The notes beneath the pieces were generated by a model. The model was not told where the DNA came from. It was given only the letters and a program-made list of their open reading frames with translations, and searched no databases. From NCBI RefSeq assembly GCF_017876815.1, contig NZ_JAGIOS010000003.1:540001-572000 (forward strand): a stretch of DNA of 32,000 nucleotides, given 5' to 3'. The position numbers were made by a program, and so were the translations under genes. Within the stretch, counting starts at the first letter, position 1; every line of letters begins with the position of its first letter. Origin of the DNA: Sinorhizobium meliloti (lineage in GTDB: Bacteria; Pseudomonadota; Alphaproteobacteria; Rhizobiales; Rhizobiaceae). Positions 6,582-15,376 of this stretch are shown piece after piece.

Positions 6582-9500
6582 CTACTGGAAATTCCGGCTC
6601 TTGATCTTCAGCGTATCGATATGAAGATCCGGCACGAGTATGTCCCTCGCGCGAACGCCCGGAGGAGCCTTTCCGCGGGAATCCGCGCTGCCCGGCGAAC
6701 CATGGGCGAATTCGTCGCCACGGCCAGTCGGCGGCCGAAATGCGCCATCGCGCTCGGCAAGGCTCGACAGGTCGGCCGAGAGATCAAAGAGCTGCTGGGC
6801 GACGAGATGAACCACCTCGCCTTCGCGCTGGATCCTGCCGTTGATGGCCATCATGCTGGCGCCGAGCACCACGCGGCGCGACCGCTCGAAGAGCTTTGGC
6901 CAGACGACGATGTTGGCGATACCGGTTTCGTCCTCAATCGTGATGAACATCACTCCCTTCGCCGATCCCGGCCGCTGACGCACCAGCACCAGGCCGGCGG
7001 CCATCAGCCATTGCCCGTCGTGCGCCGTCATCGCCTGGGCACAGGTGACGATCCGGCGCTTGGCGAGGTCGTCCCGCATGAAACGCAAGGGATGCTCCCG
7101 GAGCGTCAGGCCGGTATGACTGTAGTCCTCTACGACGTTGTGACCGTCGGTCATCTGTCTTAGCTCGACTTCCGGCTCCTGCTGTTCGGCAATTGCCCGA
7201 GCCTCGCGATCGGCGGCGGCGGTGAAGAGCGGAAGCGGCTCGTCGCGCAGTGCCTTGATTGCCCAGAGGGCATCCCGTCGCTCGAGACTGAGAGATGGCA
7301 GGAAGGCGTCGGCCTCAGCCAGCTCGACCAGCGAGGCGACCGGCACGCCCGATCGCCGCCACATGTCGTCAACCGATGTGAAGGGTTCGTCGGCGCGGGC
7401 GGCTACGATCCGCGCGGCGTCGGCGGTCGCCAGACCGTGCACCAAGCGCATGCCGAGCCGGACCGCATGCCCGCCGGAGCCGTCGATTGGCTCAAGCATG
7501 CAGTCCCAGCGTGACCGGTTGATGCAGATCGGCCGGACTTCGACACCATGCTCGCGGGCATCCCGGACGATTTGGGCGGGGGCATAGAACCCCATGGGCT
7601 GCGAGTTCAACAGCGCCGCGCAGAAGACATCCGGAAAATGGCATTTGATGTAGTTGGAGGCGTAGGCGATCAGTGCGAAAGAGGCAGCATGGCTCTCGGG
7701 GAAGCCATAGGAGCCAAAGCCTTCGAGCTGTGAGAATGTCTTTTCCGCAAACTCCTTTGTATAGCCGTTTCGGATCATCCCGTTCACTAGCTTGTCCTTG
7801 AATCGCGAAACACCACCTGTGAACTTGAAGGTCGCCATGGATTTCCGGAGCTGGTCGGCTTCGCCGCCGGTAAACCCCGCACAGACCATGGCCACCTTCA
7901 TCGCCGACTCCTGAAACAGTGGCACGCCGAGTGTCTTGTGGAGGACCGCCTCCAATTCGGGCGTCGGGTACTCGACCTTCTCCTTGCCTTCGCGCCGGCG
8001 GAGATAGGGATGGACCATGTCGCCCTGGATGGGCCCGGGACGGACGATCGCCACTTGGATGACGAGGTCGTAGAAGGTTCTCGGCTTCATGCGTGGCAGC
8101 ATGGACATCTGCGCCCGGCTTTCGATTTGGAATGTGCCTAGGGTGTCGGCCTTTCGAATCATCGCATAAGTCGCCGGATCCTCCTGCGGGATGGTGGCAA
8201 GATCGATATCCTCATGCTTGTGCTCGCTGATCAGCGCGAATGCCTTGGCCATGCAGGTCAGCATGCCGAGCGCCAAGACGTCGACCTTCATGAATTTCAG
8301 CGCCTCGATGTCGTCCTTGTCCCATTCGATCACCTGCCGGTCGGCCATGGTCGCCGGCTCGATCGGCACCAGATCATCGAGCCTGTCATGGGTGAGCACG
8401 AAGCCGCCGGGATGCTGACCGAGATGGCGCGGCGCACCCATCAGCTGCTGTGCAAGTTTTAGAGTCAAAGTGAGACGCCGATCGTCCGGATTGAGGCCGA
8501 GTTCACGCACCTGCCGTTCGCCGACGGTCTCCGACCAGGACCAGATGCCGGAGGAGAGCGTCTTGATCAGGTCCTCCGGCAGACCAAGGGCCTTGCCGAC
8601 ATCGCGAATGGCGCCTTTGGCCCGATAGCGGGTGACGGTCGAGCAGAGAGCCGCCTTGTCGTGGCCATAGGTCTTGTAGATCCACTGGATCACCTCCTCG
8701 CGCCGCTCGTGCTCGAAGTCGACATCGATGTCGGGCGGCTCGTCGCGCTCTTGGGAGACGAAGCGCTCGAACAGGAGATCGTTGGTCTCGGGATCGATCG
8801 AGGTGATGCCGAGCACGTAGCAAACGGCGGAATTGGCGGCCGATCCCCTGCCCTGGCATAAAATGCCCTGCGACCGGGCATAGCGGACGATCGAGAAGAC
8901 GGTCAGGAAGTAAGGCGCATATTTCATCGTCTCGATCAGCGCCAGCTCATGGCGGATGGTCTTCTCGACATGAGCCGGCAATCCCTCGGGGTAGCGCGCC
9001 CTGACCCCCTCCCAGGTGTAGTGCTGCAGCGACTGTTGTGCCGTCATGCCTAGGATCAGCGCTTCCTCGGGATATTGATAGACGAGCTCTTCCAAGGAGA
9101 ACCTGCAGCGCTCGACGATCTCCATGGTTCGCGCCAGCGCTTCCGGGTAAGCCGGAAAGAGACGGGCCATTTCTTCCGGCGGCTTCAAGTAACGATCGGC
9201 GTGCCGCTCGCGCTCAAAGCCGACATCGTCGATGGTCATGCCGGTGCGGATGCAGGTGACGACATCCTGCAGCTGCCGGCGGCCGTGCTCATGAAACAGC
9301 ACATCATTGGTGACGATCGTCTTTACCCGGTGTTTGACCGCCAGGTTCGTTAGCTCGTGCAGTCGCAGCTGATCGTTGGGCCGACGACGAAGACAAAGAG
9401 AGACATAGGCGCGGTCGCCGAAGACGTCCGCTATCTTCCTGAGCTGCACGGCGCAGACCTCGTCGGCCAAGTCCGGCACCAGGATGCCGATCAGGCCCTC

Positions 9501-9847
9501 GGCGTAGAGCGCCACATCGTCGAAATGGATGATGCAGTTTGCCTTCCCGCCCCGGCCCTTGCCCAAGGTCAGCAGCCGCGTCAGCCGCGAATAGGAAGCG
9601 CGATCGGTCGGATAAACGAGGATCGACATGCCGTCCTGCAGATCGAGCCGGCAGCCGACGACCAACCGCAGGCCCGTGGCGCGCGACGCCTCCAGCGCGC
9701 CCGGACGATGCCCGCCAGGCTGTTGCGGTCGACGACGCCGAGCGCTTCGATACCCATCAGCTTTGCGGTGGCAAACAGTTCCTCAGCCGAGCTTGCGCCC
9801 CTCAGGAACGAGAAATGCGTGGTGACCTGGAGCTCGGCGTAGCGCAT
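6582..9847 (-). pseudogene. dnaE2: Error-prone DNA polymerase DnaE2 (ImuC), interrupted by a 1-nt frameshift near codon 50 (or a sequencing error)
   Basis: The 1027-aa ORF 6582..9665 has Pol III alpha core motifs ([60 protein letters not shown]). The true N-terminus [25 protein letters not shown]…NSLAGIVRA lies in another frame (ORF 9581..9874). Its ATG at 9847 overlaps the imuB stop (TGATG). Confidence 0.85.
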
Positions 9848-11364
9848 CACGCAAACATCCCGTGCATGAACCACTTATGCGATCCTGTTTCCGCATCGAC
9901 GCCGTCGCCGGATCGGAAAATCCAGAAGCGCTCGCCCCTATCATCCTCGACGACGAAATAGTCGCGGACCGCAACCCATTCTGAGCTGCGTTTCCACCAC
10001 TCCCCAAATATCCGCTCCGGTCCGTCGGCGCGCTTCACTCTGCGCCGCTTGCTGCGCCACGTGAACGAGACGGGCGGATGATCGGGCAAAAGCGCGATCA
10101 CTTCGATCAGTTCGGGACGCGCCAGAAGCCGCGGCGGTCTTGGCCAGTTGAGCGGCCAGGTGGCGCCGTCCTCGTCGGCGATCGGAGCGATCCGCCGGAC
10201 GCTACGTTCCGGGACGTCGCTTGCGACCGGGGCCACACGGAATATCCGCTGTCCACCGCGATTGCCAAGCACGTCGATGAGCGGCGTCACATCGGTTACC
10301 TGTTCTTCAATGAGTGACGAGGCTGACTGTGCCTCAATCAGCGGCTCGGCGAGGATGGCCGCAAGACCGAGCTTCTCGATGCCGAAGCCTGGTTCGATCC
10401 TCTCGATGCGGTCGCGGAAGAGTTTCGTCAGCCAGGCGATGTCACGGACCGGCTTCGCCGTCCCCGCCCTCAGTGCCTGAATGGTGTTATCGACGCGATG
10501 GACGATGAGGTCGGCGCGTCTGACCCCAAGCCCGCGCTTCTCGAGCTCAAGACAGAGCTGCCGCACCAGGCGGCTCACATATTTCTCGATCGTTTCCGGC
10601 GCGCCGATGGGCTCAGCGAAAGATTTTTGGACCTCGACAAGTTCCGCCGGCCGGATCGGATCTATCGGCTCAGCGATATGGCCGAACATCTGATCGAGAC
10701 GGCGGCCGACCTCCAGGCCGAAGCGCAGCGTCAGCGGTGCCCGCGGTGTGGCAGCCAAGTCGCCGACGGTGGTAAAGCCGAGGGTTCGAAGGCTTTGAAC
10801 AGTTTCGGCCGGCAGCCGCAGCGACGACAGTGGCAGTCGGTTCGCGGCCCTGGCGGCATCGCCGCGCCCGACGATGACCGTCTCGCGATCTGTGGTCCGG
10901 GCAAGCGCATGCGCGGCACCCCAGGTATCGGCGATTGCCGCGCGGGCAGCGAGACCCCGGCCGCGGAAGCGATTGACGAGGCCGGACAGCATCAAGTCCT
11001 CGCCGCCCTGAAGATGATCGGCGCCTTCGGTATCCATGACGATACCGTCGGGAGGGTCCATCGCGACAACCGGAGAATATTGTGACAAGGCCCAGAGCGC
11101 CAGCCGTTCGAGGGCAGCGAGATCGGCTGCCGTATCGGCATCGATCATCACCAGACCCTGGACCAGTGCCTGCGCCTTGGCGGCCGGCATGCCGACACGA
11201 AGGCCGAGCTTGGTCGCCGCCGTATCAGCTGCCGAAATCCATCGCTTCGAACCGCTCCTGGCGATGACCACCAGCGGCTTTTCGACCGATAGCGAAGGAT
11301 CGGCCCGCCTGATCCGGTCCGTTGGCAGTTTCGGAAGAAAGACAGATACGACCCTGGCCATCAC
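9847..11364 (-). CDS. imuB: ImuB, Y-family-polymerase-like subunit of the ImuA-ImuB-DnaE2 mutasome
   Basis: The 505-aa ORF begins [20 protein letters not shown], a typical ImuB N-terminus. It sits between imuA and dnaE2 and is translationally coupled to dnaE2. Confidence 0.85.
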   Translation of the reverse strand: MMARVVSVFLPKLPTDRIRRADPSLSVEKPLVVIARSGSKRWISAADTAATKLGLRVGMPAAKAQALVQGLVMIDADTAADLAALERLALWALSQYSPVVAMDPPDGIVMDTEGADHLQGGEDLMLSGLVNRFRGRGLAARAAIADTWGAAHALARTTDRETVIVGRGDAARAANRLPLSSLRLPAETVQSLRTLGFTTVGDLAATPRAPLTLRFGLEVGRRLDQMFGHIAEPIDPIRPAELVEVQKSFAEPIGAPETIEKYVSRLVRQLCLELEKRGLGVRRADLIVHRVDNTIQALRAGTAKPVRDIAWLTKLFRDRIERIEPGFGIEKLGLAAILAEPLIEAQSASSLIEEQVTDVTPLIDVLGNRGGQRIFRVAPVASDVPERSVRRIAPIADEDGATWPLNWPRPPRLLARPELIEVIALLPDHPPVSFTWRSKRRRVKRADGPERIFGEWWKRSSEWVAVRDYFVVEDDRGERFWIFRSGDGVDAETGSHKWFMHGMFA

Positions 11365-12043
11365 ATGCTCCGATGATGAACTCGCCTCCCTCCCCAGCTC
11401 TCACGCGCATAAGCTCCGCCAGCCATCGCGCCCGGCCAACACCCGGCACGGGAAGCGGCTCGGACGGCAGCACCGAGATCCGCCAGCGCGTTGCCGCAGC
11501 CGTCGGCATGCCAAAGTCCGAGGCTTCCGTCTGGCGCCGCCAGCGGCGGATCACCAGCCCCAATGTCCCCGACTTCTCCGCCGCGAGCTGCAAGCGGCGG
11601 GATGCCGTCATCGGCAGTCGCACCAGTTCGGCAACCACGGCGCCGAGGCCGCCGTAACGCAAAGCTTCTTCAAAGCTTGCGAGCACCGTCTCTTCCTTAT
11701 CGCACTCGACGAAAATGACGCGGTCGGGATGAAGCCCGACCTGGGCGAGCGCCGGAAAGAACAGATCGAAGCGTGTCAGGCACCAGACCACCTTGCCGGT
11801 GGTACGGGCGGCGATGCCGCCGATGAAGAGTGCCGCGGCGGCTCCATCGATCGCGCCGTTTCCGCCACCGGCCACTTCGTGCAGTGCGCCAAAGGCAAGC
11901 CCACCTCCTGGCAGTTGCGCGTCGACCTCGGGGACCCCGAACGGTAAGATGCTCCGATTGCGTGAGCCTGCCCCTTCCAAGCTGGCGATTTTCCCGCGCA
12001 ACTCGTGGAGGACGGGGTTCAAAGTGGCGACGGCTGCGGACAT
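11225..12043 (-). CDS. imuA: ImuA (RecA/SulA-like cell-division-inhibitor-type SOS protein)
   Basis: MSAAVATLNPVLHELRGKIASLEG…LPFGVPEVDAQLPGGGLAFGALHEV… with AAGGAG 7 nt upstream of the ATG at 12043. A LexA box lies about 50 nt upstream. It is the first gene of the cassette. Confidence 0.75.
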   Translation of the reverse strand: MSAAVATLNPVLHELRGKIASLEGAGSRNRSILPFGVPEVDAQLPGGGLAFGALHEVAGGGNGAIDGAAAALFIGGIAARTTGKVVWCLTRFDLFFPALAQVGLHPDRVIFVECDKEETVLASFEEALRYGGLGAVVAELVRLPMTASRRLQLAAEKSGTLGLVIRRWRRQTEASDFGMPTAAATRWRISVLPSEPLPVPGVGRARWLAELMRVRAGEGGEFIIGACDGQGRICLSSETANGPDQAGRSFAIGRKAAGGHRQERFEAMDFGS

Positions 12044-12089
12044 GATCTCCTTTACGGCAACCCGTTTTCGGCTTGAGATGGTGCAATGT

Positions 12090-12104
12090 GTTCTGTATTT
12101 GTTC
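12090..12104 (-). promoter_or_regulatory. Alphaproteobacterial LexA (SOS) box upstream of imuA
   Basis: GTTCTGTATTTGTTC is GTTC-N7-GTTC (GAAC-N7-GAAC on the imuA strand), 47-61 nt upstream of the imuA ATG. Confidence 0.7.
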
Positions 12105-12487
12105 TCAAAGCGAAAACGAGTCAATGCGCATGTGGCGCGCGGAAGTTGAGCGACAGTGCCCATCGGAGAATTCCGCCAACGGATTCAAATCGATGGCGGG
12201 AATGGGAATTTTTTGGCATGCCCCGACGGCAGCCAATGAACGATCTGGGCCCCGAAACTGAAGAATCGTCGGACCCGATCGTCGAATTCATCTGTGCCCA
12301 TGTCATCGCCACTGCGCGCTTGAGCGCAAGCTGTTGGTGAAAGCGTTTGGCGCTGGCATGACCTTCGCTGTGATCCGCCGGCGCATGGCGATAGGCTGCG
12401 AGCCCATACAAACGCCGTAGGGTGACAAAATGCGGCGCGCACTTCCCATGTCTGGGCGATACAGATTGTCCTGATGGAGGCTAGGCC

Positions 12488-13564
12488 ATGACAAACGACG
12501 AAGGCAGCGAGCGGCCGCGCAAAATCGTGCATGTGGACATGGATGCCTTCTACGCATCGGTCGAACAGCGCGGCAATCCCGACCTGCGGGCTGCCGGTCG
12601 CCGTCGGCTATCCTGCCGCCCGCGGCGTGGTGGCGGCCGCCAGCTACGAGGCGCGAAAGTTCGGCGTTCATTCGGCGATGGCTTCGGTCACTGCGAAGCG
12701 CAAATGCCCCGATCTGATCTTCGTCAAACCACGTTTCGAAGTCTACAAGGCCATCTCGTTGCAGATCCGCGCGATATTCGCCGAGTACACGCCGATGATC
12801 GAGCCGCTATCGCTCGACGAGGCCTATCTCGATGTTTCCGAAATCCTGAAGGGCACGGAGATAGCCACCGTCATCGCCCAGGAAATCCGGGCAAAGATCA
12901 AAGCGACGACAGAGCTCAGCGCCTCCGCCGGCATCTCCTACAACAAGTTCCTGGCGAAGATGGCTTCCGGTCAGAACAAGCCGGACGGCCAGTTCGTCAT
13001 CACGCCGAAGAACGGCCCGGCCTTTGTCGAGCAGCTTCCGATCAAGAAGTTTCACGGCGTCGGGCCCGCACAGCCGAAAAGATGCATCGGCTTGGGATAG
13101 AAACACGCGCAGACCTCAAGGAGCAGACGCTCGAGTTTCTGGTGGAGCATTTCGGGAAGTCGGGGCCATGTTTCTACGGTATTGCCCGTGGTATCGACAA
13201 TTGCCAGGTCAAGGCGGACCGGGTGCGAAAATCCGTCGGCGCGGAAGGCACGTCCTCGGAGGATATCCATTCCTTTGAGGCGGCTCGCGAAGGTCTTCAG
13301 CCGCTGATCGAGAAAGTCTGGAGTTATTGCGAGGCCAATGAGATCAGCGCCAAGACCGTGCCGCTCAAGGTGAAATATGCCGGTTTTTTCCAGATCACCC
13401 GGAGGGCACCTTTGCAAACGATCGGTGATCTCGAGGAGGTAGTCGGCTTGCTTCTCGCACCAATCTTTCCGCCGCGAAGGGGAATCCTCCTGCTCGGCGT
13501 TTCCCTGTCATCGTTGGAACGGCAGACGCTACAAACGGAACCGCAGCTGCGGCTGGCGCTTTAG
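12488..13564 (+). pseudogene. dinB: DNA polymerase IV (DinB) with two compensating frameshifts
   Basis: The N-terminus RKIVHVDMDAFYASVEQRGNPDLR and the C-terminus TAEKMHRLGIETRADLK…LGVSLSSL are in the frame of ORF 12488..13564. The core GLPVAVGYPAARGVVAAASYEARKFGVHSAM…SLDEAYLDVS…SAGISYNKFLAKMASGQNKPDGQFVI…FHGVGPA is in the frame of ORF 12531..13100. GGAGG lies 8 nt upstream of the ATG. Confidence 0.85.
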
Positions 13565-14058
13565 ACTGCCAGCATCGGCTGAACAGGAGAGGTTGAATGG
13601 CGCGTAACCCGGAATGTCCCTGCCGGCAGCCGGCGAAGGATTTCGCCTTCGGGTACCAGTCCGTCGAACCAGGCCAAGCGTTGCTCCCGTCTCAGCACCA
13701 CCATCTGCCGGTCGTGAAACGGCGCAAGATCGTCATTCGCCTCGATCGTCAGGATGGCATAGGAGTCTGGCCAATCGTTGATCGCCGGCCGCCAAATCCC
13801 CGCGAAATAGAACCAGTCACCATTCGCGAGCGAGAAACTGAAGGTTCGGTGGCGAAACTCGGAAGCGGGCACCAGGCAGCGGTGGGTTGGAAATGTCCTT
13901 CCTTCCGATCGAACGACGTTCACGGCGCGCGCATCGCCGTCGCGCGGGCGCAGCCCCCACGGCAATTCCACCATCTCCACATCGCCGTCATGGCGCCTTA
14001 TGATCACCCGGCGCTCGTCGAGCGGAGCGTCGGACTGGAAAACGGTCGCACTCGTCAT
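13561..14058 (-). CDS. SRAP (SOS response-associated peptidase, YedK/HMCES-like) paralog lacking the N-terminal catalytic Cys; possibly a 5'-truncated pseudogene
   Basis: …VELPWGLRP…VNVVRSEGRTFPTHRCLVPASEF…WFYFAGIWRP…YAILTIEANDDLAPFHDRQMVVL… are SRAP core motifs. However, the protein starts MTSATVFQ (or GTG-MWGCCSC at 14091), not MC(G/N)R(Y/F). Confidence 0.65.
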   Translation of the reverse strand: MTSATVFQSDAPLDERRVIIRRHDGDVEMVELPWGLRPRDGDARAVNVVRSEGRTFPTHRCLVPASEFRHRTFSFSLANGDWFYFAGIWRPAINDWPDSYAILTIEANDDLAPFHDRQMVVLRREQRLAWFDGLVPEGEILRRLPAGTFRVTRHSTSPVQPMLAV

Positions 14059-14063
14059 AGTTA

Positions 14064-14078
14064 GAACATAGCAGGAAC
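14064..14078. promoter_or_regulatory. LexA (SOS) box in the 57-nt gap between the two divergent SRAP genes
   Basis: GAACATAGCAGGAAC is GAAC-N7-GAAC. It lies 6 nt from the minus-strand ATG (14058) and 38 nt from the plus-strand ATG (14116). Confidence 0.7.
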
Positions 14079-14115
14079 AACATCCCCACACAATCAGACC
14101 TGAGATGGAGGACGC

Positions 14116-14706
14116 ATGTGCAATGATTATCGGCTGATGGTGGATGTCGCCTCGATCATCGAGGACTTCGCCGACCTGAAGATCAAGGTCCGTTTCGGCG
14201 AAGGCGCGCCGAATCTTGAACCGCGCGAGGACATCAAGATCACCGATGTCGGCCCCATCGTCAGAACGCTTGACGGAGCCCCGGATGAAGTCGAGCTCGT
14301 GCAGCGGCGCTGGAGCTGGCCCGGGCCGAACAAGCGGCCGGTGTATAATTTCCGATCTGAGGGTCGCGAGTTCAATTCCAATCGCTGCCTGATCATCGCC
14401 GACGGCTTTTACGAGTTCACCGAACCGAAGGACCCGAAGAAGAAACGCAAGGACAAATGGCTCTTCACCAAGAAGGACGAGCCGATCTTCTGCATCGCCG
14501 GAATCTGGCGTGAGACGCCGGAGGTCGGCCAGGCCTTCACCATTCTAACGATGGAGCCGGGAGCGGACATTGCCCCATACCACGACCGGCAGATCGTCAT
14601 TCTCGAGCGCTGCGCCTGGGCCGACTGGCTCGACCCAACGGTGTCCGCGAAATCGCTGATCAGGCCGCTCCCCATTCGGACACTATCGGTAGAGCAGGTC
14701 GGCTGA
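14116..14706 (+). CDS. SOS response-associated peptidase (SRAP/YedK-like), canonical
   Basis: Starts MCNDYRL (Cys2 nucleophile). Carries …RRWSWPG…YNFRSEGREF…RCLIIADGFYEFT…FCIAGIWRE…FTILTMEPGADIAPYHDRQIVIL… GGAGGA lies 4 nt upstream of the ATG. Confidence 0.85.
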   Translation: MCNDYRLMVDVASIIEDFADLKIKVRFGEGAPNLEPREDIKITDVGPIVRTLDGAPDEVELVQRRWSWPGPNKRPVYNFRSEGREFNSNRCLIIADGFYEFTEPKDPKKKRKDKWLFTKKDEPIFCIAGIWRETPEVGQAFTILTMEPGADIAPYHDRQIVILERCAWADWLDPTVSAKSLIRPLPIRTLSVEQVG

Positions 14707-15238
14707 ACCGGAAAGGCTCCGGACGGGAGACTAAAGCGGCTATCATGCGATCAAGCCGAGCGCAAAAATCGCAGCCGTAACCTCCAGGAACTCTCGCGAT
14801 ATTAGCAAATCGTAATCCGCTCCCGACCTCAACCTAGGCGAGTAGACACCGATGCTCCGGTACGTAGCAGTATGCCTGTTTGTTATGTTGGATCGACCAA
14901 TGCGCTGCCCGGCAACGACCTCGGACGTGTGCCAAACCGCCATGGAACTAGATCAATTAGCGGCTAGCGCTTTCGTAAGTTGACGCGACTTTCCCCGATA
15001 CGGCGCATCGTCTGTCCCCTTGAATGGAATCAACCATGGGTCTCCTCGCCCGACTGGGTTCTGGTACGTCGCATAAGTATCGGTGGGCAGCGTAGCGGGG
15101 CGTTGATCGTTACGGACCGTGCCGGCTCTGTTCGGACACCCATCGCGGTTATCGCCGCCCATTGTTCGCGAAGGTCGGCCTCCGGCGCCAGTTTTTTAGC
15201 AGGGGTTCGAGCTACCGGCTGCGAGCCCATCTTTTCTT

Positions 15239-15289
15239 ATCCATAGGGTGGATGATTGCTATCCTCATAATCGATTTTACCAATCTTGC
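15239..15289 (+). promoter_or_regulatory. nod box (NodD-dependent promoter) of the nodM-nolFG-nodN operon
   Basis: ATCCATAGGGTGGATGATTGCTATCCTCATAATCGATTTTACCAATCTTGC contains two ATC-N9-GAT units and the ATTTTACCAATCTTGC tail. It is near-identical in layout to the nodA nod box at 25427. Confidence 0.85.
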
Positions 15290-15298
15290 TGAATGTTA

Positions 15299-15314
15299 TT
15301 TAGGAGACCCTGAA
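15299..15314 (+). promoter_or_regulatory. Candidate NolR operator ((A/T)TTAG-N9-A(T/A)) downstream of the nodM nod box
   Basis: TTTAG-GAGACCCTG-AA. The same block, ATTAG-AGAACCCTG-AA, follows the nodA nod box at the same spacing. Confidence 0.4.
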
Positions 15315-15376
15315 TGAAGGCCGGCGAGCGGTCGTCCGTAGTCCTACTGCTGCGCCTAGATTATTTCGGAGAGAAC

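Noticed and set aside
12121-12411. ORFs in the imuA-dinB intergenic region (96 aa minus, 84 aa plus), and a search for a second LexA box for dinB
   Set aside because: No family resemblance or start-site support for the ORFs. No further GTTC-N7-GTTC or GAAC-N7-GAAC was found between 12105 and 12487, so no dinB-proximal box is claimed.
15314-15376. 21-codon N-terminal extension of NodM in the ORF track (629 aa)
   Set aside because: GlmS-type amidotransferases need Cys as the first residue after Met removal. MCGIVG begins at 15377, and the upstream ATG lies inside the conserved promoter block.
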